A DNA stretch of 64,000 nucleotides from an uncultured Gemmatimonadales bacterium. GTDB taxonomy: Bacteria > Gemmatimonadota > Gemmatimonadetes > Gemmatimonadales > Gemmatimonadaceae. The notes under the pieces were generated by a model, which had not been told where the DNA came from, did no database searches, and saw only the letters and a list, made by a program, of their open reading frames with translations. Shown one piece after another: positions 11,386-20,490 of the stretch. The stretch covers positions 736,001 through 800,000 of the forward strand of contig OY969695.1 of NCBI GenBank assembly GCA_963701965.1, given 5' to 3'. Positions within the stretch are counted from its first letter, which is position 1, and each line of letters opens with the position of its first letter. The translations under genes and the position numbers were made by a program.

Positions 11386-12713
11386 GGGAGGAGCCCCCGT
11401 CCGACCGTCCGCTCGAGCTTCGCCAACCCTTTGGCGAAGTCGGTGAGCGCCCGACCGTACTCGATGTCGTACTGAAACGCGGTCGCCTGGGCCAACAACA
11501 CACTGGCGAAGTCCCCTCTTCCCGCCTCATAGCTCGCGGTCGCCGACCGCAGGCTCGCGTTGGCCGGCGGCAGAATGGCCTTGGCATACAGCGCGAGCTG
11601 CGTACGCGCGCGTTCGACTTCGGCGTACTGGCTCGCGACGGCTGCCCGGATGTCATTCGCCGCTGCGTGGTGCTGCGCATCATCAGCCGCCAGCTGCCAC
11701 CGGGCCTCCGCGACCATCTCTCCCTGCTTCCGCCCACTGTGGATCGGGATCGGCAGCGAGACCATCGCCGTCACGAAGTCCGGGAACCCGGTTCGCTGGT
11801 CGTACTCCAGCGACACGTCGACGTCCGGGATACGCCCCTTTCGCGCCACATCCAGACGTGCGGCGTCCGCCGAGATCATCGATTCGTGCTCGCGAAGCGC
11901 CGGACTCGCCTGCTCGGCCTCATCTTGCAGATCTCGCAGCGGCGCGAATGGGGAATCCGCCGCCGCGGCATCGAGAGCGGACGATACGAACGAAGCGCCC
12001 TTGGCGGAATCGGGCAGACCCGCACGTATGATATCGGTCGGCACCGACGGCCTCTCGACTGGCGTGTCGCTCGGACGGTCCAGTACCGCGTTGAGTTGGG
12101 CCAAGACCGCCGACCGTTGCGCGCGCAGCGTGACCGCCTGGTCCGCCAGTCGCGCCGATTCGACCCGAGCTTTGAGCGCGTCCTGTTGGCTCCCGGACCC
12201 CGCACCATACCGTGCCTCGCTCGCCTGTCCCAAGTCCACAAGCACGTCATGGCTGCGTTGCACGATCGCCAGCGCGCGGTCGACAAACGCGAGATCGTAA
12301 TACGCGTCCTTGATCTGCTCCACGGTCTCGAGGCGTATGGACTCCACCCGATAGCCTGCCGCCGCCGCCTCGTGCTCCGCGACACGTCCGCGAGCGGCCG
12401 GGGCACCCGCGAACGGCACGGTTTGCGTCACGCGGAACACCTTCATTGTGAATGAGTCGTAGAACCCTGGCCGCGCGATCGGCAGATCCGTGAGTCCAAG
12501 CCCAAGGATCGGATCCGCCCACGAGCCCGCCGGACCGATCCGGGCGCGCGCCGCGGCCTCCGCATGCCCAGCGACGTGAATCGAGGGGTTCGATCGGAGT
12601 CCCAAGCGGATGAGCGAATCCAAGTCGCTCAATGCGGCGAGCGGCTGCGCGCCCGCAACGCCGGCATACGCGACCACCGCCACCAGATATGGTGCGAAAA
12701 GTTGTGCTGACAT
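11382..12713 (-). CDS. TolC/CusC-family outer membrane factor
   Basis: Signal peptide, OEP-like helical repeats (AYYDL, SYEAGRGDF), coupled to adaptor gene. Confidence 0.85.
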   Translation of the reverse strand: MSAQLFAPYLVAVVAYAGVAGAQPLAALSDLDSLIRLGLRSNPSIHVAGHAEAAARARIGPAGSWADPILGLGLTDLPIARPGFYDSFTMKVFRVTQTVPFAGAPAARGRVAEHEAAAAGYRVESIRLETVEQIKDAYYDLAFVDRALAIVQRSHDVLVDLGQASEARYGAGSGSQQDALKARVESARLADQAVTLRAQRSAVLAQLNAVLDRPSDTPVERPSVPTDIIRAGLPDSAKGASFVSSALDAAAADSPFAPLRDLQDEAEQASPALREHESMISADAARLDVARKGRIPDVDVSLEYDQRTGFPDFVTAMVSLPIPIHSGRKQGEMVAEARWQLAADDAQHHAAANDIRAAVASQYAEVERARTQLALYAKAILPPANASLRSATASYEAGRGDFASVLLAQATAFQYDIEYGRALTDFAKGLAKLERTVGRGLLP

Positions 12714-12821
12714 GCTCCGACAGGTTGATGTCCACACCGGGCGTCGTCGATACGACACGCCGATCGCTCCGCATCACGTCACGATGCGAAACAGCTCACG
12801 AGCTCCGAATTGTGAGCGGGA

Positions 12822-13181
12822 CTAGAACCTGGGAGGCGGTAGCTCAGGGAGCGACGTCGCCAATGGCGGCGTAAGGACCGCGAGCACAGGCATCACAGCC
12901 ACGAGCGGTGGTCGATCGAACAGCGTTTGCACCGCGGTGACGAGCGTCGCCGGTGCGCACGGCGCCATCGACTGGCAGCCGTCAGGCGCCCATGGGAACC
13001 GGCATGGCGTGGTGTGGTCCCCCGATGCCGGTGCGTCGGTGTGCACGGCCTGCGGCATCGCCATGCCATCCATGCCGTGCGCCATGCGCGACATGGAACA
13101 GGCATACCCGCTCTCCACAAAGACGAGCTGGAGAACGAACAGCGCGGCGAATGCCGCTGTCAGGCGGCGCCAACGGGTCAT
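12822..13181 (-). CDS. Small Met/His/Cys-rich exported protein leading the cus operon
   Basis: Hydrophobic N-terminus, MAHGMDGMAM, C..C..C, ends PELPPPR. Confidence 0.6.
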   Translation of the reverse strand: MTRWRRLTAAFAALFVLQLVFVESGYACSMSRMAHGMDGMAMPQAVHTDAPASGDHTTPCRFPWAPDGCQSMAPCAPATLVTAVQTLFDRPPLVAVMPVLAVLTPPLATSLPELPPPRF

Positions 13182-13296
13182 ATCGGCAATATAGCCCTCA
13201 AATCCGAAGAAGCGGACGCCCTTGGCTGCCGAGAAAGGCTCTCGGAGCGACGAGTGGGCGTGTTACCCTTGCCGCCGGCTGGGTCGGTCCCAGCGC

Positions 13297-13328
13297 TTGA
13301 CTCTATACCATGGTATAGAGTTTAGACT
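13297..13328 (+). promoter_or_regulatory. MerR-type promoter/operator
   Basis: TTGACT-N20-TAGACT with perfect 22-bp palindrome ACTCTATACCATGGTATAGAGT (13300-13321). Confidence 0.9.
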
Positions 13329-13334
13329 GTAGTG

Positions 13335-13730
13335 ATGCGCATCGGCCAAGTCGCGGCCCAAGCGGCCGTCAATGTCCAGACGCTACGGTACTACGAGCGC
13401 CGGGGACTCATGCCCGCCACAGATCGTCGCTCCTCCGGCTACCGGGAATACGAGCCCGCCGCCGTCGCCCGCGTGCGTTTCATCAAGCACGCACAAGCGC
13501 TCGGATTCACGCTCGACGAGATCTCTGAACTCTTGACGCTGCGGGTCGGTAGCAATAGCCCGTGTGCACGGGTCGAGGCAAGCGCCGAACGAGCAATCGC
13601 CCGTATCGACGAGAAAGTTGACCACCTGAACCGCATGCGGGTGGTCCTGACAGATCTCGCCTCCGCCTGTCGACGGCAGGATCTTATCGGCGACTGCCCG
13701 ATCCTCCAGGCACTCGAGGATCACCGATGA
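13335..13730 (+). CDS. MerR-family heavy-metal regulator (MerR/CadR/PbrR/ZntR-type, three Cys)
   Basis: RIGQVA..TLRYYERRGL..GYREY..AQALGFTLDEI; PCARV plus C-x7-C (CRRQDLIGDC-like) loop. Confidence 0.92.
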   Translation: MRIGQVAAQAAVNVQTLRYYERRGLMPATDRRSSGYREYEPAAVARVRFIKHAQALGFTLDEISELLTLRVGSNSPCARVEASAERAIARIDEKVDHLNRMRVVLTDLASACRRQDLIGDCPILQALEDHR

Positions 13731-14062
13731 GTCCCGGACCGCAGGTCGAACTAATCTTCGACGCCACCTGCCCGAACGTTGACGCCGCGCGAGTTGAGCT
13801 GCGTGCCGCATTCGCGCGCGCCGGCCGTCCGCCCGATTGGATCGAGTGGGATCGGGCGGCGCCGGACGCGCCGCAGTACGCTCGGCGGTATGCCTCGCCG
13901 ACCGTGCTGGTCGCCGGACAAGACGTCGTCAACGCGACGGCCGCGCTCGACGCCGGCGACGGGTGCCGGGTGTACCGGGACGCGACCGGCCGATTGCTTC
14001 CCGCACCGGGCGCCGCCACCATCTTCGTGGCCCTCACCGCGGTGAAGGCGGAGGCCCCATGA
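13727..14062 (+). CDS. Thioredoxin-like protein of mer-associated type
   Basis: TCPN, SPTVLVAGQDV, GCRVY; ATGA overlap with the merR-like gene. Confidence 0.7.
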   Translation: MSPGPQVELIFDATCPNVDAARVELRAAFARAGRPPDWIEWDRAAPDAPQYARRYASPTVLVAGQDVVNATAALDAGDGCRVYRDATGRLLPAPGAATIFVALTAVKAEAP

Positions 14063-14077
14063 TCTCACCAACCCGCA

Positions 14078-14452
14078 ATGCAACGCCCGCGGTTGAACCC
14101 GACTCAATCACCGAGACGCCGACGCGAACCTTGGCTCGCGGGCGGTGCGGCGGCAGGCGGCCTCGCGGGCGCGCTCGCCGCGGCAATGGCGGGCCTCTGC
14201 TGCGTCGGCCCGGTCACCGTCCTAGTGCTCGGTGCGGGCGGTGCCGTCGCCGCCGCGGGACTCGCGCCCTACCGCCTGCCGTTGTTGCTCATCTCCGCGG
14301 TACTCCTCGGCCTCGGCTATTGGCGAACCCGTCGCAGTTCCGGCACCAGCGCAGCGGCATGCCCGACCCACGTCGGCCGGTTGATCCGCCGGAGCCTCTC
14401 GATCGCCACATGTGCGTGGATCTGCGCCGTCATCCTCTGGCTTATTCAATGA
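14078..14452 (+). CDS. merT: MerT-like mercuric transport membrane protein
   Basis: LCCVGPVTVLVLGAGG..LAPYRLP..AC, three TM segments; start could be 14059 with an indel. Confidence 0.75.
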   Translation: MQRPRLNPTQSPRRRREPWLAGGAAAGGLAGALAAAMAGLCCVGPVTVLVLGAGGAVAAAGLAPYRLPLLLISAVLLGLGYWRTRRSSGTSAAACPTHVGRLIRRSLSIATCAWICAVILWLIQ

Positions 14453-15042
14453 CGACTCCTCTTCGACTGAGCGTGGCATGCTGCGCATCGCTGATGACCG
14501 CGTTGTCCTGCGTGCCCAGTGCGCCACCATCTTCGTACCGGGTAATTGGCGCCGACGCCGAGCCATTGCGAACGGCGTTCAACGCCAACGTCGGCAAGGT
14601 GCGGGTCGTTATGCTCGTCGCCCCTACGTGAGGGGAGTGTCTTCGGGGGGCCTCCGAAGTCGAGCACGTGTTGCTCGCCAAACAACCTGATCCTCGCCTC
14701 GCCGCCTATGTCGTGTGGGTGCCGAAGTTGTTCGGGCACGAATCCGACGTCGGTACTGCGACCCGATTCCTCCCCGACTCTCGCGCGACCCACTTCTGGG
14801 ACGGGCAGTCGGTCCTCGTACACCAGTACGACACCGTGCTGGGCATCGACCAGGACGCGTGGGACATCTACATGATCTACGGTCCGGCGACTCGATGGGA
14901 TGGGTCATCGCCACCACGGCCCGACTTCTGGATGCACCAGCTCCATCTCCCCAACCGCCGCGGTACCTCGGGATCGCGTCTCGATCCTGCCGTCTTCGCC
15001 GCGCATGCCGACTCGTTGCTCCGCGGCGCCCCGCCGGGGTGA
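14449..15042 (+). CDS. Probable selenoprotein: thioredoxin-fold lipoprotein with UxxC motif (197 aa with Sec)
   Basis: In-frame TGA 14629-14631 in VMLVAPT-U-GEC joins two ORF halves; hairpin follows; N-terminal lipobox-like ALSC. Confidence 0.82.
14637..14667 (+). promoter_or_regulatory. Putative bacterial SECIS hairpin
   Basis: CTTCGG/CCGAAG stem with G-rich apex about 18 nt after the UGA, extendable by GTG/CAC. Confidence 0.65.
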
Positions 15043-15066
15043 GCGCGATGGCGTCGTGACTCGTAC

Positions 15067-15597
15067 ATGATCGCCGTGCAGACCGGCGTCGCCGGAATCC
15101 GCGTGCCTTCCAGTGACCCCGTATTCCTTACCGTGGTGGGCCTGCACGTCCTCTTCGCCCTCGTATGTGCGGTCACAGGCATCGTTGCGATGCTGAGCAA
15201 CAAGCGCCCTGGCCGCCACCCGACCTTCGGCACGATCTATTACTGGTGCCTTTCCGCCGTGTTTGTCTCAGCGACGGTGCTCTCCGTGACGCGCTGGACG
15301 GAGGATTACCCGTTGTTCATTCTCGGCGCCCTGTCTTACGCGTCCGCGACGTTCGGACGCGCGGCTCGCCGCCGGCAGTGGCGCAACTGGCTCCCGATGC
15401 ACATCAGCGGCATGGGCGTGTCGTACATCCTGCTCGTCACGGCCTTCTACGTCGACAACGGCAAGGCCCTTCCGCTCTGGCGGGAGTCTGCCGACCCTCG
15501 CCTACTGGCTCGTGCCAGGCGCGGTCGGGGTGCCGCTCATCCTGCGCGCACTCATGCGGCATCCGTTGTTACGGTGATCGTGACCATCGCAGCGTAG
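15067..15597 (+). CDS. DUF2306-like membrane protein (3' frameshift likely)
   Basis: GLHV..KRPGRHPTFGTIYY, HISGMGVSYILLVTAFYVDNG. Confidence 0.65.
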   Translation: MIAVQTGVAGIRVPSSDPVFLTVVGLHVLFALVCAVTGIVAMLSNKRPGRHPTFGTIYYWCLSAVFVSATVLSVTRWTEDYPLFILGALSYASATFGRAARRRQWRNWLPMHISGMGVSYILLVTAFYVDNGKALPLWRESADPRLLARARRGRGAAHPARTHAASVVTVIVTIAA

Positions 15598-15875
15598 CAC
15601 GGACGCTCTCCGAGTCCATGTTCGGCGCTTCCGCCCCCCGCCGCCACCGCCGCCGCCCCAACACCGCGGCCTCTGTTCCCCAGGCGAAGCCAGCACCCTC
15701 GTCTCGCCACCAGTGATGTCCGGGATCAACCGCCGCGAACGAAAGTGCGGCCGGGATTCATCCGACAGGGAGACCCACGAGCGCGGCTGGCCATCCCGGC
15801 CGCGTGCCGACGACCTTTCGCTCGAGGAACTCGAGCAGCAGCAACAACAAGACGACGAAGACCACCGCCGCCGCC

Positions 15876-15947
15876 CTCGTTCAGCTCCCGTGCTCGGAGC
15901 GCGGCGCTGATACCGGCATCGCTGCCACCAATGACGAGAACGCGCAT
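15876..15947 (-). pseudogene. 5' stub of CoA-disulfide reductase-like flavoprotein
   Basis: MRVLVIGGSDAGISAALRARELN, then low-complexity sequence. Confidence 0.65.
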
Positions 15948-16041
15948 GGCGACTCGTTATGGCCGGTGTGCTGTGCGGCGCCGTGTCCGACTCACGGGAT
16001 CGTCATCGTCCTCCGCCTCGGTCGTCGGCAGCACTGGTCCC

Positions 16042-16749
16042 TCAATGCCTGATCAACGGCTGATCCTTTCGCGCGTGGCGAGTAGCCGCGGGCCGTAGCC
16101 ACTCATAGACCCGGGCTGCGACGATCATCCCGACGAGAGGCGCCAGCCAGTACAGCCAGTGCGCCCGCCACTCTCCCCCCACGAGCGCTGGCCCGAACGA
16201 GCGCGCCGGATTCATGGAGGCGCCGGTCAGCGGCCCGCCCGTCAGCGCACAAAACCCGACTGTCAGGCCCACCGCTATACCCGCAAACCCCGGCGCCACG
16301 CGTTCGTCGGTGGCCACCGCCATGATGACGAACATGAGCGCGAACGATAGAACGAATTCAATGGCGAACGCGCCCATAATGGATATCGCGGGCGTCAGTG
16401 CCGGCAGCGTCGCGCCGAGATGCCCTACCGGACCGAGCACGCCCCGGAGTAGCGCCGACGCCGCCACCGCACCAACGCATTGTGCCGCAATGTAAGGCAC
16501 GACGTCGCGTCCGGGAAACCGACGCGTCGACCAGAACCCGACGGTCACCGCGGGATTGAGATGCGCCCCGGATACGTGGCCCAGCGCGTACACCATCCCG
16601 GTGATGACGAACGCGAACGCCAGTGCGATGCCCGCGACTCCTAGTCCCCCATGGGTGGCAGCGTCCACCATCGCCGCCCCCGGTCCGATGAGCACCAGGA
16701 AGAACGTCCCAATCGCCTCCGCTGTCGCGCGGCGCCCGATCTCACGCAT
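16042..16749 (-). CDS. MIP/aquaporin-family channel in ars cluster
   Basis: SGAHLNPAVT and GASMNPARS (two NPA motifs). Confidence 0.92.
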   Translation of the reverse strand: MREIGRRATAEAIGTFFLVLIGPGAAMVDAATHGGLGVAGIALAFAFVITGMVYALGHVSGAHLNPAVTVGFWSTRRFPGRDVVPYIAAQCVGAVAASALLRGVLGPVGHLGATLPALTPAISIMGAFAIEFVLSFALMFVIMAVATDERVAPGFAGIAVGLTVGFCALTGGPLTGASMNPARSFGPALVGGEWRAHWLYWLAPLVGMIVAARVYEWLRPAATRHARKDQPLIRH

Positions 16750-16752
16750 CCG

Positions 16753-17526
16753 CTATTGGGCTTGAGAGGCAGTGGAACTCCGTCCGCCGGTCCGCAAATA
16801 CTCCGCGAACTCATGCGGCAGCGTACTGTCCAGAATCCCGCGCGTTGTGCGATCGACATCGTAGTGGACTCGCACGAACTCGACCCCGATCGAGCCGTCG
16901 CTCACGTCGAGCAACACGTACCCCGCTCGCCAATCGCCGTCTTTCGGGCGCCCCACGCTTCCGGTGTTGACGAAGTGGACGCCCTCGACGATCCGATGCC
17001 ATGGCTTGTGCGTGTGGCCGAATGCTAAGACATCGCCCGCACGCGCGCCAACGAGCTGCGCCATCGTGGTGCAGAACGCGTCGGGTCGATCCTCCGTCCA
17101 ATACACGGTGTTCAGCGTCGGTGTCCCGTGAACCAGTGTGACCGTGGGGCCGGCCACGTGTCCGCCGAGCGGGCGGAGGTCGATGCGAAAGGGCAGCGTG
17201 CCGAGGTAAGCCTTCGTCGCGTCGGACGTGTGCGCCAGCGTCCACGCGTAGCTCTCGTGCGACAATGCTTCCTGATGCGGATCCTCGTACTTGCAGCCAC
17301 AATGCTTGTAGCCGGTCGCCACCGTCGAGTCGTAGTTGCCGTTCACGCCGGGGATGCCATGTTCGCGCAGCAGGGCCACGGTTTCGTTCGGCCACGGCGC
17401 GTATCCGACGAGATCGCCGAGGTGATACGTAGCAGCGATCGTCGTTCGGCTTCGCTCAATGTCACTGAGCACCGCCTCCAGAGCCGGCAGGTTGGCGTGG
17501 ACATCGGATAGGAGGGCGTAGCGCAT
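16753..17526 (-). CDS. Metallophosphoesterase (ars-associated, CGC motif)
   Basis: SDVHAN, GDLVGY, GNYD, GHTH, NTGSVG. Confidence 0.88.
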   Translation of the reverse strand: MRYALLSDVHANLPALEAVLSDIERSRTTIAATYHLGDLVGYAPWPNETVALLREHGIPGVNGNYDSTVATGYKHCGCKYEDPHQEALSHESYAWTLAHTSDATKAYLGTLPFRIDLRPLGGHVAGPTVTLVHGTPTLNTVYWTEDRPDAFCTTMAQLVGARAGDVLAFGHTHKPWHRIVEGVHFVNTGSVGRPKDGDWRAGYVLLDVSDGSIGVEFVRVHYDVDRTTRGILDSTLPHEFAEYLRTGGRSSTASQAQ

Positions 17527-17532
17527 GGGGTC

Positions 17533-18642
17533 TTATGCTCTCGAACAACTCAATGGCCGTGAGGCGCGGTTTCTGTCACGCCCTGGGCCGCTAAGATCTG
17601 GTCGACCGTCGCCTTCGCGCTGCGCCCGACACCGATCAACGTTGCCGAGGCATACCCTGTCCAGTCGCCGTACCCGACGAGCCAGAGTCGCGGCTCGACG
17701 ATCGCCCTCGTCCCCTCGGTTCGCACCCAACCGTTCGCTTCGATAACACCGAGAGATGCGGAGATGTCCGAGGGCCGGCCGGTACCCCGTCGCCCAAATT
17801 ACCGCGTCGAGAGTCCGGTACGTGCCATTCGGCCACACCACGCCGGTGACCTCGAAGTACTCGAACATCGGCAAGGGTTCGAGCACGCCCCGCACCCGCG
17901 CGGCGCGCACCGCGGGGACGGCGACAATGTCTCCCAGGCTGCGGAGCGGCGGTGCCGGGCGCCCCTCCCGCAGCGCGCGGTACCACTCCGTCGCTTGTCC
18001 GAACAAGACGCGTCCGTCGACATCGTCCGGCAGGAATCGGGGCGGCTCCCGCGTGACCCAGCAGACGTCAGCCACGTCCGCCAGCTCCGCCGCGATCTGC
18101 GCCCCTGAGTTTCCACCGCCGACCACGGCCAGGCGGCGACCCCGGAATGGCTCCGGCCCTCGATAGTGCGCGGAGTGCAGTTGAGTACCGCAGAAGCCAT
18201 CACTACCGGCAACGACCGGTCGGACTGGGTGCGCCCACGTCCCTGTCGCGCTCACCACGGCGCGCGCGACCCACGTACCACGGTCGGTCTCCACGCGCAG
18301 CGCGTCGCCTTCACGCCGCACGCCCGTCACTCGCACGGGCCGCTCAACCGTGAGCGCGTAGCGCCGTTCGTACTCCGCGAGATAGCCGATCACCGCATCG
18401 CGCCCTGGATACTCGTCGCCCGACGACGGCATGAGCCACCCGGGCAGTGAGCTCCATTGTGCAGGGGAGAACAATCGCAACGACGGCCAGGTCTCACCCC
18501 ATGCGCCACCCGGTTCAGCACGCGCATCCAACAGAACGAACGAGAGTCCGGTGCGCCGGAGGTAGTACCCCACCGCGAGCCCTGCCTGGCCGGCGCCAAT
18601 GACGACGACGTCGGCCCGGCGAACGGTCTCAGCGTCCGCCAT
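17533..18642 (-). CDS. ArsO-family flavin-dependent monooxygenase (frameshifted near 3' end)
   Basis: [32 protein letters not shown]; tail [19 protein letters not shown] lies in another frame. Confidence 0.85.
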   Translation of the reverse strand: MADAETVRRADVVVIGAGQAGLAVGYYLRRTGLSFVLLDARAEPGGAWGETWPSLRLFSPAQWSSLPGWLMPSSGDEYPGRDAVIGYLAEYERRYALTVERPVRVTGVRREGDALRVETDRGTWVARAVVSATGTWAHPVRPVVAGSDGFCGTQLHSAHYRGPEPFRGRRLAVVGGGNSGAQIAAELADVADVCWVTREPPRFLPDDVDGRVLFGQATEWYRALREGRPAPPLRSLGDIVAVPAVRAARVRGVLEPLPMFEYFEVTGVVWPNGTYRTLDAVIWATGYRPALGHLRISRCYRSERLGANRGDEGDRRAATLARRVRRLDRVCLGNVDRCRAQREGDGRPDLSGPGRDRNRASRPLSCSRA

Positions 18643-19108
18643 GCGCTCCCGCGAGCGGCCGCGTCATGACCACGGCAGATGCCGGACACGCACTCCGAAA
18701 CTCGTCCGTCGCGGCGACGTCAGGGGGCACGGCGTCACGCGTAGTCTCCGCAAAACCAAAGCGGGGGAAGTAGTGCGCCGCGGTCGTCGTCAAGAGATAC
18801 ACCGCGTGCAGGCGGCGCTCTTCTGCTTCGGCCATGACTCGGCTCACGAGTGCCCGCGCCAATCCGCAATGTTGCCAGGCCGGCGCGACCGCGACCGATC
18901 GCAGCAATCCGTTGTCGCAACACAGCTCGAGGCCGGCAACGCCTACCAATGCTCCCCGGTGTTCCGCGACCACGAACGTCTCGATCGCCGCGCTCACGCC
19001 GACCAACGGAAGGTCGGAGTCAGTCAGCAACCGCTCGACGCCCGGGAGATCTGCAACCGTAGCCGGACGGAGCATCGGCCGCTCACTCTGTCCTACTCGA
19101 TCCTTCAC
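18629..19108 (-). CDS. arsN2: Arsenic-resistance N-acetyltransferase ArsN2 (GNAT)
   Basis: LLRSVAV, YLLTTTAAHYFPRFGF, EFRSACPASAVVM. Confidence 0.85.
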   Translation of the reverse strand: MKDRVGQSERPMLRPATVADLPGVERLLTDSDLPLVGVSAAIETFVVAEHRGALVGVAGLELCCDNGLLRSVAVAPAWQHCGLARALVSRVMAEAEERRLHAVYLLTTTAAHYFPRFGFAETTRDAVPPDVAATDEFRSACPASAVVMTRPLAGAHGGR

Positions 19109-19133
19109 CCGTCACCATGCCTTTCCTCCTCTC

Positions 19134-20013
19134 TTACGCCGGTTTCTGCGCCCGGACAAACGCGCTCAGAATGCGCCCCGACACGTCGCGGGCAACTGCG
19201 TCCGCGTCCAGCCCCGCGCTCGCCAGAAATGCTCGCGCATCTTCGATCTCATAGACCCGGGTGGGTTCGATCGACGCGTCAATGAAACCAACATCGCCCA
19301 GGAGCGACAGGAACTCGTCTTCACGCAACGCGCCCGCGATGCACCCGACCCACAACTCCATGCTCTGTTTCACGACGGACGGAATCTCCCCCCGCACGAC
19401 GACATCCGATACCGCGAACCGTCCACCGGGTTTGAGGACCCGGAACGCTTCGGCCAGGACTTGGCGCTTGTCGCCAGACAGGTTGATGACGCAGTTGGAG
19501 ATGATCACGTCAACAGAATGCGTCCGGCAACGGCACCGCCTCGATCTGCCCCTTCAGGAACTCGACATTCTGCACCCCAGCGCGCCGCTGGTTGTCGCGC
19601 GCCAGTGCCAACATTTCGTCGGTCATGTCCAGGCCATACGCCTTGCCCGTTGGTCCAACGCGCTGCGCGGAGAGGAGCACATCGATCCCGCCGCCCGACC
19701 CGAGGTCCAACACGACTTCGCCCTCCAGGAGAGTGGCGAGCATCGTCGGGTTGCCGCAGCCCAACGAGGCCAGCACGGCCTCCTGGGGCAGCGTCGCCGT
19801 CTGACCGTCGCTGTAGAGATTCGAGGTGATCGGATTGACGTCCGCGTCCAACGCGCTCGACGCCGACCCCCCGCAACACGTCGGCCCGCAGCAGCTCGCG
19901 GCCTCACCGGACGCGACCTTCAGCGCCGCTTTTCCATACTTCTCCCGCACCGTCGCCGTCAGCGGCGCGTCGGTCGCCACTGTACCGCCCTGGTCGCTCG
20001 TGCTCATACCCAC
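19134..20013 (-). CDS. arsM: Arsenite methyltransferase (split by 1-nt insertion near 19518)
   Basis: [28 protein letters not shown]; second half [17 protein letters not shown]. Confidence 0.92.
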
Positions 20014-20024
20014 CCCCTCATCAT

Positions 20025-20040
20025 ATCAAGCGTTATTGAT
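20025..20040. promoter_or_regulatory. ArsR/SmtB-type operator upstream of arsM
   Basis: ATCAA-N6-TTGAT. Confidence 0.65.
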
Positions 20041-20083
20041 CAGTCAGACACAAAAAATGTGCGCCGACGCCGCGACCCGCCTT

Positions 20084-20407
20084 TCACCCGCAGCACCGCG
20101 CTGCAAGTACCGTAAGCCGCCTCGAAGGGAGCCCCCCAACGAATTCCTCGAGTTGCGCGAACGCGTCCCGATTGAGCGTGTAGTACGCCCAGCGCCCCTC
20201 GCGCCGATCCGTCACCAGCCCGGCGTCCTTAAGGGTCTTGAGATGGAAGGACAGCAACGACTGCCCAAGGTCGAGCGCGCTGGTCAGGTCACAGACGCAC
20301 TGCTCTCCGCCGCGCAGCAAGTCGACGATCCGCAGGCGAGTCTCATCCGAGAGCGCCCGAAACTGCCGTGTGATGCCGCTGAGATCCGTCTTGACCGCCG
20401 TGACCAT
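20084..20407 (-). CDS. arsR: ArsR metalloregulator
   Basis: FRALSDETRLRI..EQCVCDL..SFHLKTL; C-terminal CC. Confidence 0.93.
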   Translation of the reverse strand: MVTAVKTDLSGITRQFRALSDETRLRIVDLLRGGEQCVCDLTSALDLGQSLLSFHLKTLKDAGLVTDRREGRWAYYTLNRDAFAQLEEFVGGLPSRRLTVLAARCCG

Positions 20408-20412
20408 GGCTA

Positions 20413-20442
20413 ACTATATATCAATGTCAATTGATGTGTCAA
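20413..20442 (-). promoter_or_regulatory. arsR promoter overlapping ArsR operator
   Basis: Minus strand TTGACA-N18-TATAGT enclosing ATCAA-N6-TTGAT (20420-20435). Confidence 0.75.
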
Positions 20443-20490
20443 GTCGACGGCGACCGGATTGCGGGTGACACACATTCCCATCATATACAG

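Noticed and set aside
19505..19520. TGA after Cys in arsM as Sec
   Set aside because: The halves are in different frames; removing one base restores [11 protein letters not shown].
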